Assembly: GCA_002315855.1 (NCBI GenBank)
Contig: DCIG01000084.1
Span: forward strand, 43,390-107,389
Origin: Lentisphaeria bacterium UBA1732
GTDB lineage: Bacteria > Verrucomicrobiota > Lentisphaeria > Victivallales > UBA1829
Direction: 5' to 3'
Length of the DNA: 64,000 nt
The position numbers and the translations under genes were made by a program. A model generated the notes under the pieces. That model saw only the letters and a program-made list of their open reading frames with translations. It did no database searches and had not been told where the DNA came from. Shown here in pieces: positions 47,455 through 56,600 of this stretch (positions within the stretch are counted from its first letter, which is position 1; each line of letters begins with the position of its first letter).

Positions 47455-48744
47455 TTAATTCTCCTGGAGAGTTGCCTTGATGTGCAGGGCATTCAGCTTT
47501 TCGATGAGGTTTTCATAACCCCGGAATATGGTATCGGCATTGAGAATGCGGGACTGTCCCTGTGCCATGGCTGCGGCGGCAATCATTGCCATGCCGGCGC
47601 GAATATCGGGACTGGACATGATGCCTCCGCGCATTTTCGCAGGACCGGAAATGACCACGCGGTGAGGGTCGCAGACAATCGCATTTGCACCCATGGCAAT
47701 CAGGCGGTCCACGAAATACATGCGGCTTTCAAACATTTTCTCAAAGAAAAGGACGGTTCCTTTCGCCTGCGTGGCGGCAACAATCATGCAGCTCATCATA
47801 TCGCTTGGAAATTGGGGCCATGGACCGTCGGAAATGACGGGAATGGCACTCCCTATGTCTTTCACTACCTTCATTTTCTGTCCGTCGGGGAGGAATATGC
47901 GGTCGGGTTCCAGCGTGAAATTGATGTTGAATCGCTCGAAAACGCGGCGGGCCATCCAGTAATGGCGGGGCTGAATTTTCCCGGTGATTTCAATTTCTCC
48001 TCCGGTTGCCGCCGCCATTGCCATGAAGCCGCAGGCCTCAATGTAATCGGAATCAATGGTGTATTCCGTGCCGTGAAGCGACGGAACTCCCTCAATGGAA
48101 AGAGTGCTGGTACCGATGCCGCTGATTTTCGCACCCATTTGGTTGAGAATTTCGCAGAGCTGCTGCACATGGGGTTCCATTGCGGCGTTGCGGAGAAAGG
48201 TTGTCCCTTTCGCCAGAACGGCGGCAATGACGATATGTTCAGTGGCGGTAACGCTGGCTTCATCCAGAAACATGTCGGCGGAGTGAAGACCGGATGGTTC
48301 CACCTTGAAATCTGCACATCCGTTGCGGGGTTTCCCCGCGATGCCGAGTTTGCCGAGCCCGTAATAGTGTGAATCCAGACGGCGGCGTCCGATGAAGTCG
48401 CCTCCCGGAAGTCCGATATGAGATTCGCCGCATCGGGCCGCGACCGCTCCCGCAAAAATGAATGAGGCACGGAGTGCGGCGCATTTTGCGCGGGGAAGAC
48501 GTGATTTTGTGATTTTTTCGGCACAAATCGTTACATCCGTGCCGTTTCTCTGAACAGATACTCCGATATCTTCGGCTATGGCAAGCATGTTTTCCACATC
48601 GAGAATGACTGGCATATTGTGCAGAATGACCGGTTCCGGGGTCAGCAAGGCGGCGGCAATAATCGGCAATGCGGCATTTTTGTTGCCGCCGGGCGTGATG
48701 TGTCCGGATATTTTGGACGGACCTTCAATCAGGATGCTTTTCAT
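47455..48744 (-). CDS. murA: UDP-N-acetylglucosamine 1-carboxyvinyltransferase
   Basis: GGNKNAALPIIAAALL. Active-site loop LPGGDFIGRRRLDSH, with Asp where E. coli has Cys115. Confidence 0.92.
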   Translation of the reverse strand: MKSILIEGPSKISGHITPGGNKNAALPIIAAALLTPEPVILHNMPVILDVENMLAIAEDIGVSVQRNGTDVTICAEKITKSRLPRAKCAALRASFIFAGAVAARCGESHIGLPGGDFIGRRRLDSHYYGLGKLGIAGKPRNGCADFKVEPSGLHSADMFLDEASVTATEHIVIAAVLAKGTTFLRNAAMEPHVQQLCEILNQMGAKISGIGTSTLSIEGVPSLHGTEYTIDSDYIEACGFMAMAAATGGEIEITGKIQPRHYWMARRVFERFNINFTLEPDRIFLPDGQKMKVVKDIGSAIPVISDGPWPQFPSDMMSCMIVAATQAKGTVLFFEKMFESRMYFVDRLIAMGANAIVCDPHRVVISGPAKMRGGIMSSPDIRAGMAMIAAAAMAQGQSRILNADTIFRGYENLIEKLNALHIKATLQEN

Positions 48745-48767
48745 GGATGCTCCTTGTGGAGTATGGA

Positions 48768-50849
48768 TTACCAGATTTTGCGTTTACTGCGGAGGTTGCG
48801 GAGAATTTCTTCAAATGCCTTGCGCTGTTCCTCTTCGGAGGCCTGATGGAAGAACTCTTTTTCTTCCTGAATGCGGCTTCCGAGGTCGCCGGGCAGGTCT
48901 TTCAGAAAGCGCGACGGGGAGTGGAACTCGTATTCGCCGTATTTGAAGCGTTTGCGGGAAAGCGTGAGGAAAAGGCGTTCCTTGGCACGTGTGATGGCCA
49001 CATAGAAAAGCCGTCGTTCCTCGTCGACCCCGTGGACGGATTCGTCCATGGAGCGGGAGTGAGGGAAGAGTCCTTCTTCCATGCCGACCACGAAAACGAT
49101 GGGAAATTCCAGTCCTTTCACCGCGTGAATCGTGGAAAAAATCGGTGCATCGCGGTCGTCATCGTCGTCTGTGCGGTCATTGTCGTCCATCAGGGAGAAT
49201 TTCTCGACCCAGTCCACGAGATAAGCCTCGGTTCCGGGCGCCAGATTATGCTCGTACATGGAAATACTGTTGATGAATTCGTAGACGTTGTCGCGACGGT
49301 CGTCGGCTTCCTTTGCGTCTCGGTAGATACGTTGGAATCCGTTCAGGTAGCCGACCGCTTCGAGATATTCCGTCACTTTTCCGGCGAGACCGCCGGGCTG
49401 GGCAAATTTCTCTTTCGCTTCCTGAATTGCTCCGGCAAGCGCGGCGCAGGCACTTGCGGCGGGCTTGGTAACGGCTTTCGTGTATCCGGGATCATTCAGC
49501 AGGGACAGCAGGGGGCGGTGCTGAGATTTGCCGAGTTCGCGGAGCTTGAGAATGGCTTTTTCACCGACCCCGCGGGGCGGCACCGCAATCACGCGGAGCA
49601 GACTCTGGTCATCGCGTGGATTGACCAGCATTTTCAGGTAGGCGATGGCGTCTTTGACTTCCTTGCGCTGGAAAAATTCCTGCCCGCCGATGATTTTCGG
49701 GCGGATGCCATGGGTGCGGAAGGATTGTTCGAGGACGCGTGAAAGATAGTTGGAACGATAGAGCACCGCGAAGTCGGAATAGAGATAATCGGGATTGGCG
49801 CGCCGCAGATTTTCAATCATGTTGACCACAAAATCTGCTTCTGCTTCTGCCTCATCGAGGGCGGCGATTTTGATTTCTTCGCCGTCTCCCTTGGTTGACC
49901 AGAGGTTTTTGTCGAAACGCTGCCCGTTGTGAGCGATTACGGCATTTGCGGCATTCAGGATATTGTTGGTGGAACGGTAGTTCTGTTCGAGTTTGATTTC
50001 GCGGGACCCGGGGAAATACGTCGGGAAGTTGAGGATATTGCCCACATCGGCGCCGCGCCATGCGTAAATACTTTGGTCATCATCCCCCACGACGCAGATA
50101 TTCTGTCTGAACTGCGTGAGATACTGGAGCAGTTTGAGCTGGGCGGCGTTGGTGTCCTGATATTCGTCCACGAGGAGATAGCGGTACTTGTCCTGATAGC
50201 GTTTCAGGCATTCTTCGTTGGTCTCGAAAAGTTTGAGCGTAAGAAGAAGCATGTCGTCAAAATCAAGGGCGTTCTGAAGCTCCAGAATCTGCTGGTAACG
50301 CTCATAGACGGTCAGATATGCTGTCCCCGCGGAACCCGTCCCGACCAGATCTCCATTCGTAACCTGATCGGGAAAGAGCATCTTGCTTTTGCACTTGGAG
50401 ATGAAAGACAGCACTTCCTTGGCTTGGATTTCATCTTTGCCGTAACCGAGCTCGGCACAGGCCTGCTTCACGATTCCCGTCTGGTCGGCGTCGTCCACTA
50501 TGCTGTAGTTGGAATTGTAGTTGCCGACAAGATGGATGTCGCGCCGCAGAATGCGGGCGCAGAATGCGTGGAATGTGCCGAGTGTAACTTCTTTGGCGGC
50601 TTCGGCGGAAACGAGTTTCCCCACGCGTTCGCGCATTTCCGCGGCGGCCTTGTTGGTGAAGGTCATGGCGGCAATCTGACCGGGCGGGATTCCGTGCCCG
50701 ATCATGTACGCGATTCGTGTGGTGATGACGCGGGTTTTGCCTGTTCCTGCTCCGGCCAGAACAAGAAGCGGCCCCTCGGTGTGAAGGACCGCCTCACGTT
50801 GCGGCGGATTTAACCCCGCAAGAAGTTCATGAATGGGTTTGAACGGCAC
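48768..50849 (-). CDS. pcrA: ATP-dependent DNA helicase, UvrD/PcrA/Rep family
   Basis: Motif I AGAGTGKT, DEYQDT, later SF1 motifs (TIHAVKGLEF, YVAITRA). Confidence 0.93.
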   Translation of the reverse strand: MPFKPIHELLAGLNPPQREAVLHTEGPLLVLAGAGTGKTRVITTRIAYMIGHGIPPGQIAAMTFTNKAAAEMRERVGKLVSAEAAKEVTLGTFHAFCARILRRDIHLVGNYNSNYSIVDDADQTGIVKQACAELGYGKDEIQAKEVLSFISKCKSKMLFPDQVTNGDLVGTGSAGTAYLTVYERYQQILELQNALDFDDMLLLTLKLFETNEECLKRYQDKYRYLLVDEYQDTNAAQLKLLQYLTQFRQNICVVGDDDQSIYAWRGADVGNILNFPTYFPGSREIKLEQNYRSTNNILNAANAVIAHNGQRFDKNLWSTKGDGEEIKIAALDEAEAEADFVVNMIENLRRANPDYLYSDFAVLYRSNYLSRVLEQSFRTHGIRPKIIGGQEFFQRKEVKDAIAYLKMLVNPRDDQSLLRVIAVPPRGVGEKAILKLRELGKSQHRPLLSLLNDPGYTKAVTKPAASACAALAGAIQEAKEKFAQPGGLAGKVTEYLEAVGYLNGFQRIYRDAKEADDRRDNVYEFINSISMYEHNLAPGTEAYLVDWVEKFSLMDDNDRTDDDDDRDAPIFSTIHAVKGLEFPIVFVVGMEEGLFPHSRSMDESVHGVDEERRLFYVAITRAKERLFLTLSRKRFKYGEYEFHSPSRFLKDLPGDLGSRIQEEKEFFHQASEEEQRKAFEEILRNLRSKRKIW

Positions 50850-50857
50850 TGGAAACC

Positions 50858-51490
50858 TCAGGCGTCGAGAGATGCGAGGTCAAATGAGGTGCCGTTCCAG
50901 ATCGCCGCGGCTGCGGTAACTGCGTTTTCAAATTCGGCGAAGCGTCCGCCTCGGATGACGAACTGTGTGAGTTCATCGGTTGTGCTGGCGGTGAGCTGGT
51001 CGACATTTTCATCGCAGGGGCGGTCCATGGTGTAGGTGGAAACAAAGCGGATTTCACCTGCCGCCAGAGGAAATTCGCGGACGAGGAGCGCGTCATGGCG
51101 GATAATGCCGAGGACGAGCTTTTTCGCGGCGGCGTCCACTGCGGCGGAAACACGCGGGGTGTTCAGGTGGTCTTTTTCGTAATCCATGGCCAGCATACAG
51201 GAAGCGAGTGCATCGCGCATCGGGTAGCCCATGGCGATTTTTTCGATGATGGGGTCGGTCTGGGAGCCGTTGGTTGCCAATGCGATGGTCCCGCTCAGAC
51301 GAACACAGTTGTAAGCGATGTACGGGTTTTTCGCGAGGTCGCTTTCAAAGCCCGCGCGGGGCAGAATCGCGATTTTATCGGACAGTGTGATGGCACTGCG
51401 GTTCGGAAATGAACGGGAAGAGACACGGTAGGCGACACAGGGCTTTCCGTCGGGGGTCATACCGGCGCAAACGATTCGTCCAAGATACAT
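50858..51490 (-). CDS. purO: IMP cyclohydrolase, archaeal PurO type
   Basis: MYLGRIV...AYRVSSRSFPNR...NPYIAYNCVR...LAMDYEKDHLNTPR matches my memory of PurO sequences. Confidence 0.8.
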   Translation of the reverse strand: MYLGRIVCAGMTPDGKPCVAYRVSSRSFPNRSAITLSDKIAILPRAGFESDLAKNPYIAYNCVRLSGTIALATNGSQTDPIIEKIAMGYPMRDALASCMLAMDYEKDHLNTPRVSAAVDAAAKKLVLGIIRHDALLVREFPLAAGEIRFVSTYTMDRPCDENVDQLTASTTDELTQFVIRGGRFAEFENAVTAAAAIWNGTSFDLASLDA

Positions 51491-51541
51491 GGTAAATATT
51501 CCTTAAAAATATTGAGTTGTTTGTCTTAAGTTTTTTGAAAA

Positions 51542-53032
51542 TCAGGCTTTCGGCTTCAGCTGCGGGAACAGCACTATATCGCGGATGGATTCGGTGCCGG
51601 TGAGAAGCATGACCAGCCGGTCAATGCCGATGCCCATGCCGCCCGCAGGAGGCATACCGTATTCGAGTGCGGTGAGAAAATCTTCGTCCACTGCCTGTTT
51701 GGGGTCTTTGCCGGAGAGCGCGACCTGTTCCATGAAACGCTTGCGCTGTTCGATGGGGTCGTTGAGTTCGGAGTAACCGGGGCTGATTTCCTGTCCGTTG
51801 ATTTCGAGTTCGTAGACGTCGACGCTGGTCGGATCGTCGGGGCAGGTTTTCGCCAGCGGGACGAGTTCCGCTGGAAGACGGGTCACGAATGTCGGCTGAA
51901 TGAGCGTGTGTTCGATGAGTTTTTCGTAGATTTCGTGCGTGATTTCCAGGTCTGTCCAGTCGGGCATGACTTCTGCGCCGAGTTCTTTGGCCTTTTTGTA
52001 TTTTTCTTCGCGCGGCAGCTCGAACCAGTCGGCTCCGGCGATTTCGCGGACGAGGTCGCGGTAGGGGGCGCGTCTCCATGGACGGGTGAGGTCGATGACC
52101 TTGTCATTGGGAAGCTGGATTTTCAGTGTGCCGAAAATCTTCATGGCGATGCTGGTTACCATGTCTTCGATGAGTTCCATCATGGTGTTGCAGTTGCCGA
52201 ATGCCTGATAGATTTCGACCATCGTGAACTCTGGATTGTGGCGGCGGTCAATGCCTTCGTTGCGGAAGTTGCGGTTCAGCTCGAATACCTTTTCAAAGCC
52301 GCCCACAAGCAGTCGCTTGAGGTAGAGTTCCGGGGCAATGCGCATGAACATGTCGCAGTTCAGTGCCTGATAATGGGTTTTGAACGGCGTCGCGGCTGCA
52401 CCGCCGGGAATGTACTGGAGCATCGGTGTTTCAACTTCGAGGAAGCCTTTGCTTTCCAGATAGTTGCGGATTTCACGGATGATGGCGATGCGCTTGAAGA
52501 AGAGATCGCGGCTGATGTCGTTGGTAATCAGGTCCAGATAACGCTGACGGTAGCGCTGTTCCATATCGGTGAGTCCGTGAAATTTCTCAGGAAGCGGACG
52601 GAGCGACTTGGAAAGAAGTTTGTAGGACTCCATTTTGAGGGTAACTTCGCCCGTTTTGGTTACGAACATGTGCCCCGTGGCGGAGATGATGTCGCCTATG
52701 TCGAGCTTTTTGAAGCGTTTGTATTCGTCTTCGCCCAGCAGATCGCGCTGCGCATACAGCTGGAGCGAACCCGCCTGATCCTTGATGTGCAGGAAGGTCG
52801 CTTTGCCCATAACGCGGAAGGTCATGATACGGCCCGCAACGGTGAAAATATCGGGATTTTCTTCTTTGATTTCCGCCTGTTTGGCAGCGGCGGTGGAGAC
52901 AATATTTTCAACATAAACGCCGTAGGGATAAATACCGGATTCTTTCAGCTCCTCCATTTTCGTTTTGCGCTGCTCGAAAATATTGTCGAGCTGCTGCTGT
53001 GTAACTTCGGGGGAAACGTTTTCTTCTGGCAT
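51542..53032 (-). CDS. lysS: Lysine--tRNA ligase (class II)
   Basis: OB-fold N-domain. Class II motifs (FLEVETPML, FRNEGID, GGMGIGIDRLVM). Confidence 0.96.
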   Translation of the reverse strand: MPEENVSPEVTQQQLDNIFEQRKTKMEELKESGIYPYGVYVENIVSTAAAKQAEIKEENPDIFTVAGRIMTFRVMGKATFLHIKDQAGSLQLYAQRDLLGEDEYKRFKKLDIGDIISATGHMFVTKTGEVTLKMESYKLLSKSLRPLPEKFHGLTDMEQRYRQRYLDLITNDISRDLFFKRIAIIREIRNYLESKGFLEVETPMLQYIPGGAAATPFKTHYQALNCDMFMRIAPELYLKRLLVGGFEKVFELNRNFRNEGIDRRHNPEFTMVEIYQAFGNCNTMMELIEDMVTSIAMKIFGTLKIQLPNDKVIDLTRPWRRAPYRDLVREIAGADWFELPREEKYKKAKELGAEVMPDWTDLEITHEIYEKLIEHTLIQPTFVTRLPAELVPLAKTCPDDPTSVDVYELEINGQEISPGYSELNDPIEQRKRFMEQVALSGKDPKQAVDEDFLTALEYGMPPAGGMGIGIDRLVMLLTGTESIRDIVLFPQLKPKA

Positions 53033-53369
53033 GGAGCAAACCTCCTGATAAAATAATGTGAACTGTGTTATGGCATGAATATGAATGCCGGTTGTGCGGA
53101 TTGGTGCGATTCCAAAATCTGTCGGTCTGTTTTGAAATTGGCTTTATATTATTACTATACATCCGAATATCTTTTTTACAAGGTGAAATAATGTCTTTCC
53201 GGCGGGGAATGCTCCGGACGCTCCGGAAAATCGGCTTTCGGCAGAACTTTTTGAAATCCGTTCAGAAAAACATGATTCCCGATGAATGGAAGTCTCCTTC
53301 CTCCGAAATGTTTTTTTGAAAAATGGGTTGTATGACGGGAAAAAGAAGCTATATTATTCTGACGGAGAA

Positions 53370-53517
53370 GCTGATTTCAAAAGTCATTGGCGAAAAGATT
53401 TGATGGGAATCTTCGCGCGTTGTCGGGGTAGTTTTGAGGCGTCTGACCGCCGACAACGCTCTTCCTGCAAATTCCGAAGATTATTTCAAAGCTCCCCGCA
53501 GGACGTTTGAAATCAGC
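53370..53517. repeat. 148-nt nested inverted-repeat element (three-tier hairpin) in the 660-bp region upstream of the macroglobulin gene
   Basis: Outer arms GCTGATTTCAAA/TTTGAAATCAGC (12/12). Middle AATCTTCG/CGAAGATT. Inner GCGTTGTCGG/CCGACAACGC. Confidence 0.6.
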
Positions 53518-53698
53518 CCGGAGGAAAAGTTTTTTTCGGAAATATGCTTTCTTTCGATAAGTTTTTGATGAAATGTCCGTCTAATTTTAATGGAGCGGAT
53601 TTCAAAAACGTCTTTTGAAATGTACTCGGATGAAGTAACTTTTCCCGCACGGAAACAAATCAAACAAGGTATCATCTATAACAACAAAGGAGAACATT

Positions 53699-56600
53699 AT
53701 GCTGTTTCAAAGACTTGTTAAATCAGCGGCAATGCTGATTTTTGCCGGGTGTGCAGCAGTCACGGTATTCGCACAGGGCGGTTCGTTCGATGTGAAATCC
53801 GAGACGAAGGCTGTTCAGAAGCTGGTGGGCGATGGCAATTTCGCAGAAGCCTTCACCAAAGCGAAAAAGGCTCTGGAAACTCTTCCGGAAAACGCTCACG
53901 ACAAGGAAGTTGCTGATTTGTGGAACTATCTTGTCATTTCGCTGGAAAATAATAACCGCATCGCGGAATACGATGAAAATTTCGCATTCGCGACGAAAAA
54001 ATTCAAGAACAATCTGAATTTCCTCTGCACACTGTCTCCCGAAGATTCGTGGGGATATATGATTGACGGAAAATTCCGCCGCGGAAACAATCGCGGAAAC
54101 GGCGGCCGATATGTGTCATGCGAATACCGGGATCGCGTGGAGATACTGAGACTCCTTGTCGCGGCTGTGCCGGCAGCTGAAAAGGCGGAGGATGCCTTGG
54201 CGGTTAAATTTTATCTGAGACTGGCTAATTTCCTGATTCAGGATGCAAGCAGTTCCATGACGTCGTGGAAATTGCAGGCTTTGACCGATTTGACCAAACT
54301 CCCGGATTATGATGAACATCCTGTCCGCAGTTCCTCCCGTCCTCCTGTGAATCCCGATGGCTCGCCTGTTTTGTATGCGAAACCCGCTGATTTCTCGTCT
54401 GCCGGGAGCGATGGCGAACGAATCCGCTGGGCATGGGAAGCGGCTATGGCGCGCGGCTCGAAAGAAGCGAAAATCGCATTCGCCACATTCCTGGCGAAAC
54501 AGTTCGATTTCTCCCAGGTGGACTACGGTCTGCGTGAAGAGTATTTTCAGTCGGATACGTACCGCGATTACCTGTATGGTCTCAAAGACAATGAGACGGT
54601 GGCTCAGCTTTCCGACGGAACACGGAAAATCACATTGCCGGAAGAGTACAACTATTTCCGTCTCTTCTCGGAAGCGGAAGACTGGCGCAGTCTGATGTCT
54701 CTGTATTTGGCTCGTTACCAGTACGAAAAGGCCGCTTATTACGCCGATAAGGCGAAAGATGCCGAAATGAAAGCGATGATTGAAGGCAATGTCGGTTTCG
54801 CCGACTATATTCAGGTTACCGCATTCGGGAAGAAACCTGTCCTGACTTATCATTACCGCAACAGCAAAGAAGTCGTGGCATCGGTTCACAAGGTCAATTC
54901 CGCGGAAGCCGTGCGCGTGATGCTCGACAATCTGAGCAAGCCGGATTCCGGCAGCAGCGGAAACTTCACGGACGTGTACCAGCTGTATCTCCATGACTGG
55001 GATGGACAGCTGGCGAAAAACAACAAGTGGAAAGTCGCAATTGAAGATAAGGTAACGGAATTCAAAGTCGCGCTCAAGCCGAAAGCGCATCACTGGGAGA
55101 CCGATCAGGAAATCGAACTCCCTCTGACCGAACCCGGTGCGTATCTGGTGAATCTGGCTCCCGAAAACGCGGTAGACGGGTCTTTCACGGAAATCCTGGT
55201 TTGGATTACTCCGCAGATATTGACCGCAAATTCCCTCCCGGACAAGACCATATTTACCGTGAATGATTCCTCAACGGGAATGCCTTTGGCAAAACGCACT
55301 CTGAAATATTATAACTTTGTTACTCGGTATGCAAATACTCCGCAGGAACGCACACAGTTCGGCGGACGCACCAAAGTAACGGTTACGGAAAAAGAGTTCG
55401 TTACGGATGCGAACGGCGTGGCTGATGCCGGTAAGCTTTCCAGCAGCAATCGCACCTTGATTCTGCTGGAAAGCGAAGACAAACTCGCGGTGATTCCAAG
55501 CGCATATTTCTACAACAATCGCGCCGGAAGCATGAGAGACAATCAGAAAGTCTTCATTATCCCCGACCGTCCGGCATACCGTCCCGGCGATACCGTGAAA
55601 TTTGCCGTGTACAGCCGTACTCCAAGCTATAAAGAGCCGTTCAAAGAGACCCATCTGCTGCCGAATCCTGTGAAAGTAATCGTTACCGACGCGCGCGGCA
55701 GCAAGGTCTGTGAAGAAAAACTGACTGTGGATGCCGAAACAAATTCCACCAAAGGCGAATTCACGCTGCCGGAAGATATTACGCTGGGAAATGTAAATCT
55801 GCATTTGGAAGGTCAGCCCGGCTCCATCGGCATTGCTGTGGAGGAATACAAGAAGCCTGAATATCTCCTGTCCGTGAAAATGCCGGAAATGCAGGTGAAG
55901 TCCGGCGGCATGTTTGAGGCGGAAATCGAGGCTAAGTATTATTTCGGCGCTCCGATGAGCGGCGCAAAAATCAAATATAAAGTTTATCGGGAACAGACGA
56001 ACCGCGTCTATCCCTTCTATGGCAGATTCGACTGGCTGTTCGGTGCAGGGTACTGGATTTGCTCCACCGGTATGAGAGACAGGTGCTTGCCTGAAGCCGG
56101 TTTCGGTCGCGATCTCGTCGTCTCGGATGAGGGCGATGCCGATGAAAACGGCAGGCTGACGGTGCCGATTGACACGGCGGATGCTTTGAGACGGTTCGGG
56201 GAACATGATTATCGTTACTCCATCGAAGCCGAAGTTACCGACGAGACCAACCGCGTGGTGAAAGGCAGCGGCTCCATCATCACCGCTTCTCAGCCATTCT
56301 ACGTGGAAATGAGCGCCAAGTGCGGATTCGGGCACACCGGAAAGCCCGTAACTATCGTTACCAAGGCGGTTACTCCCGATGGAAAACCCGTTCAGGGGCG
56401 CGGCAAACTGAAAATTTACGGCAAGGCTTTGAACGCTCAGGGAGTGCCCGAACGCGTGGGCGAACCTCTGAAAACGGTTGATGTGGTCGCCGGTGACGAA
56501 AACGGAATCAGTTTCGTGATGGACAGACCGGGCGTCTATGAAATCGTCACGGAAATTACGTCTCAGCCGAAAATCGACCCGAAAAAAGCCGCCGTGCCGA

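Noticed and set aside
53065-53510. Small ORFs (74-84 aa) in the 660-bp region upstream of the macroglobulin gene
   Set aside because: No RBS, implausible sequences, and they run through the inverted-repeat structures. I treated the region as non-coding.
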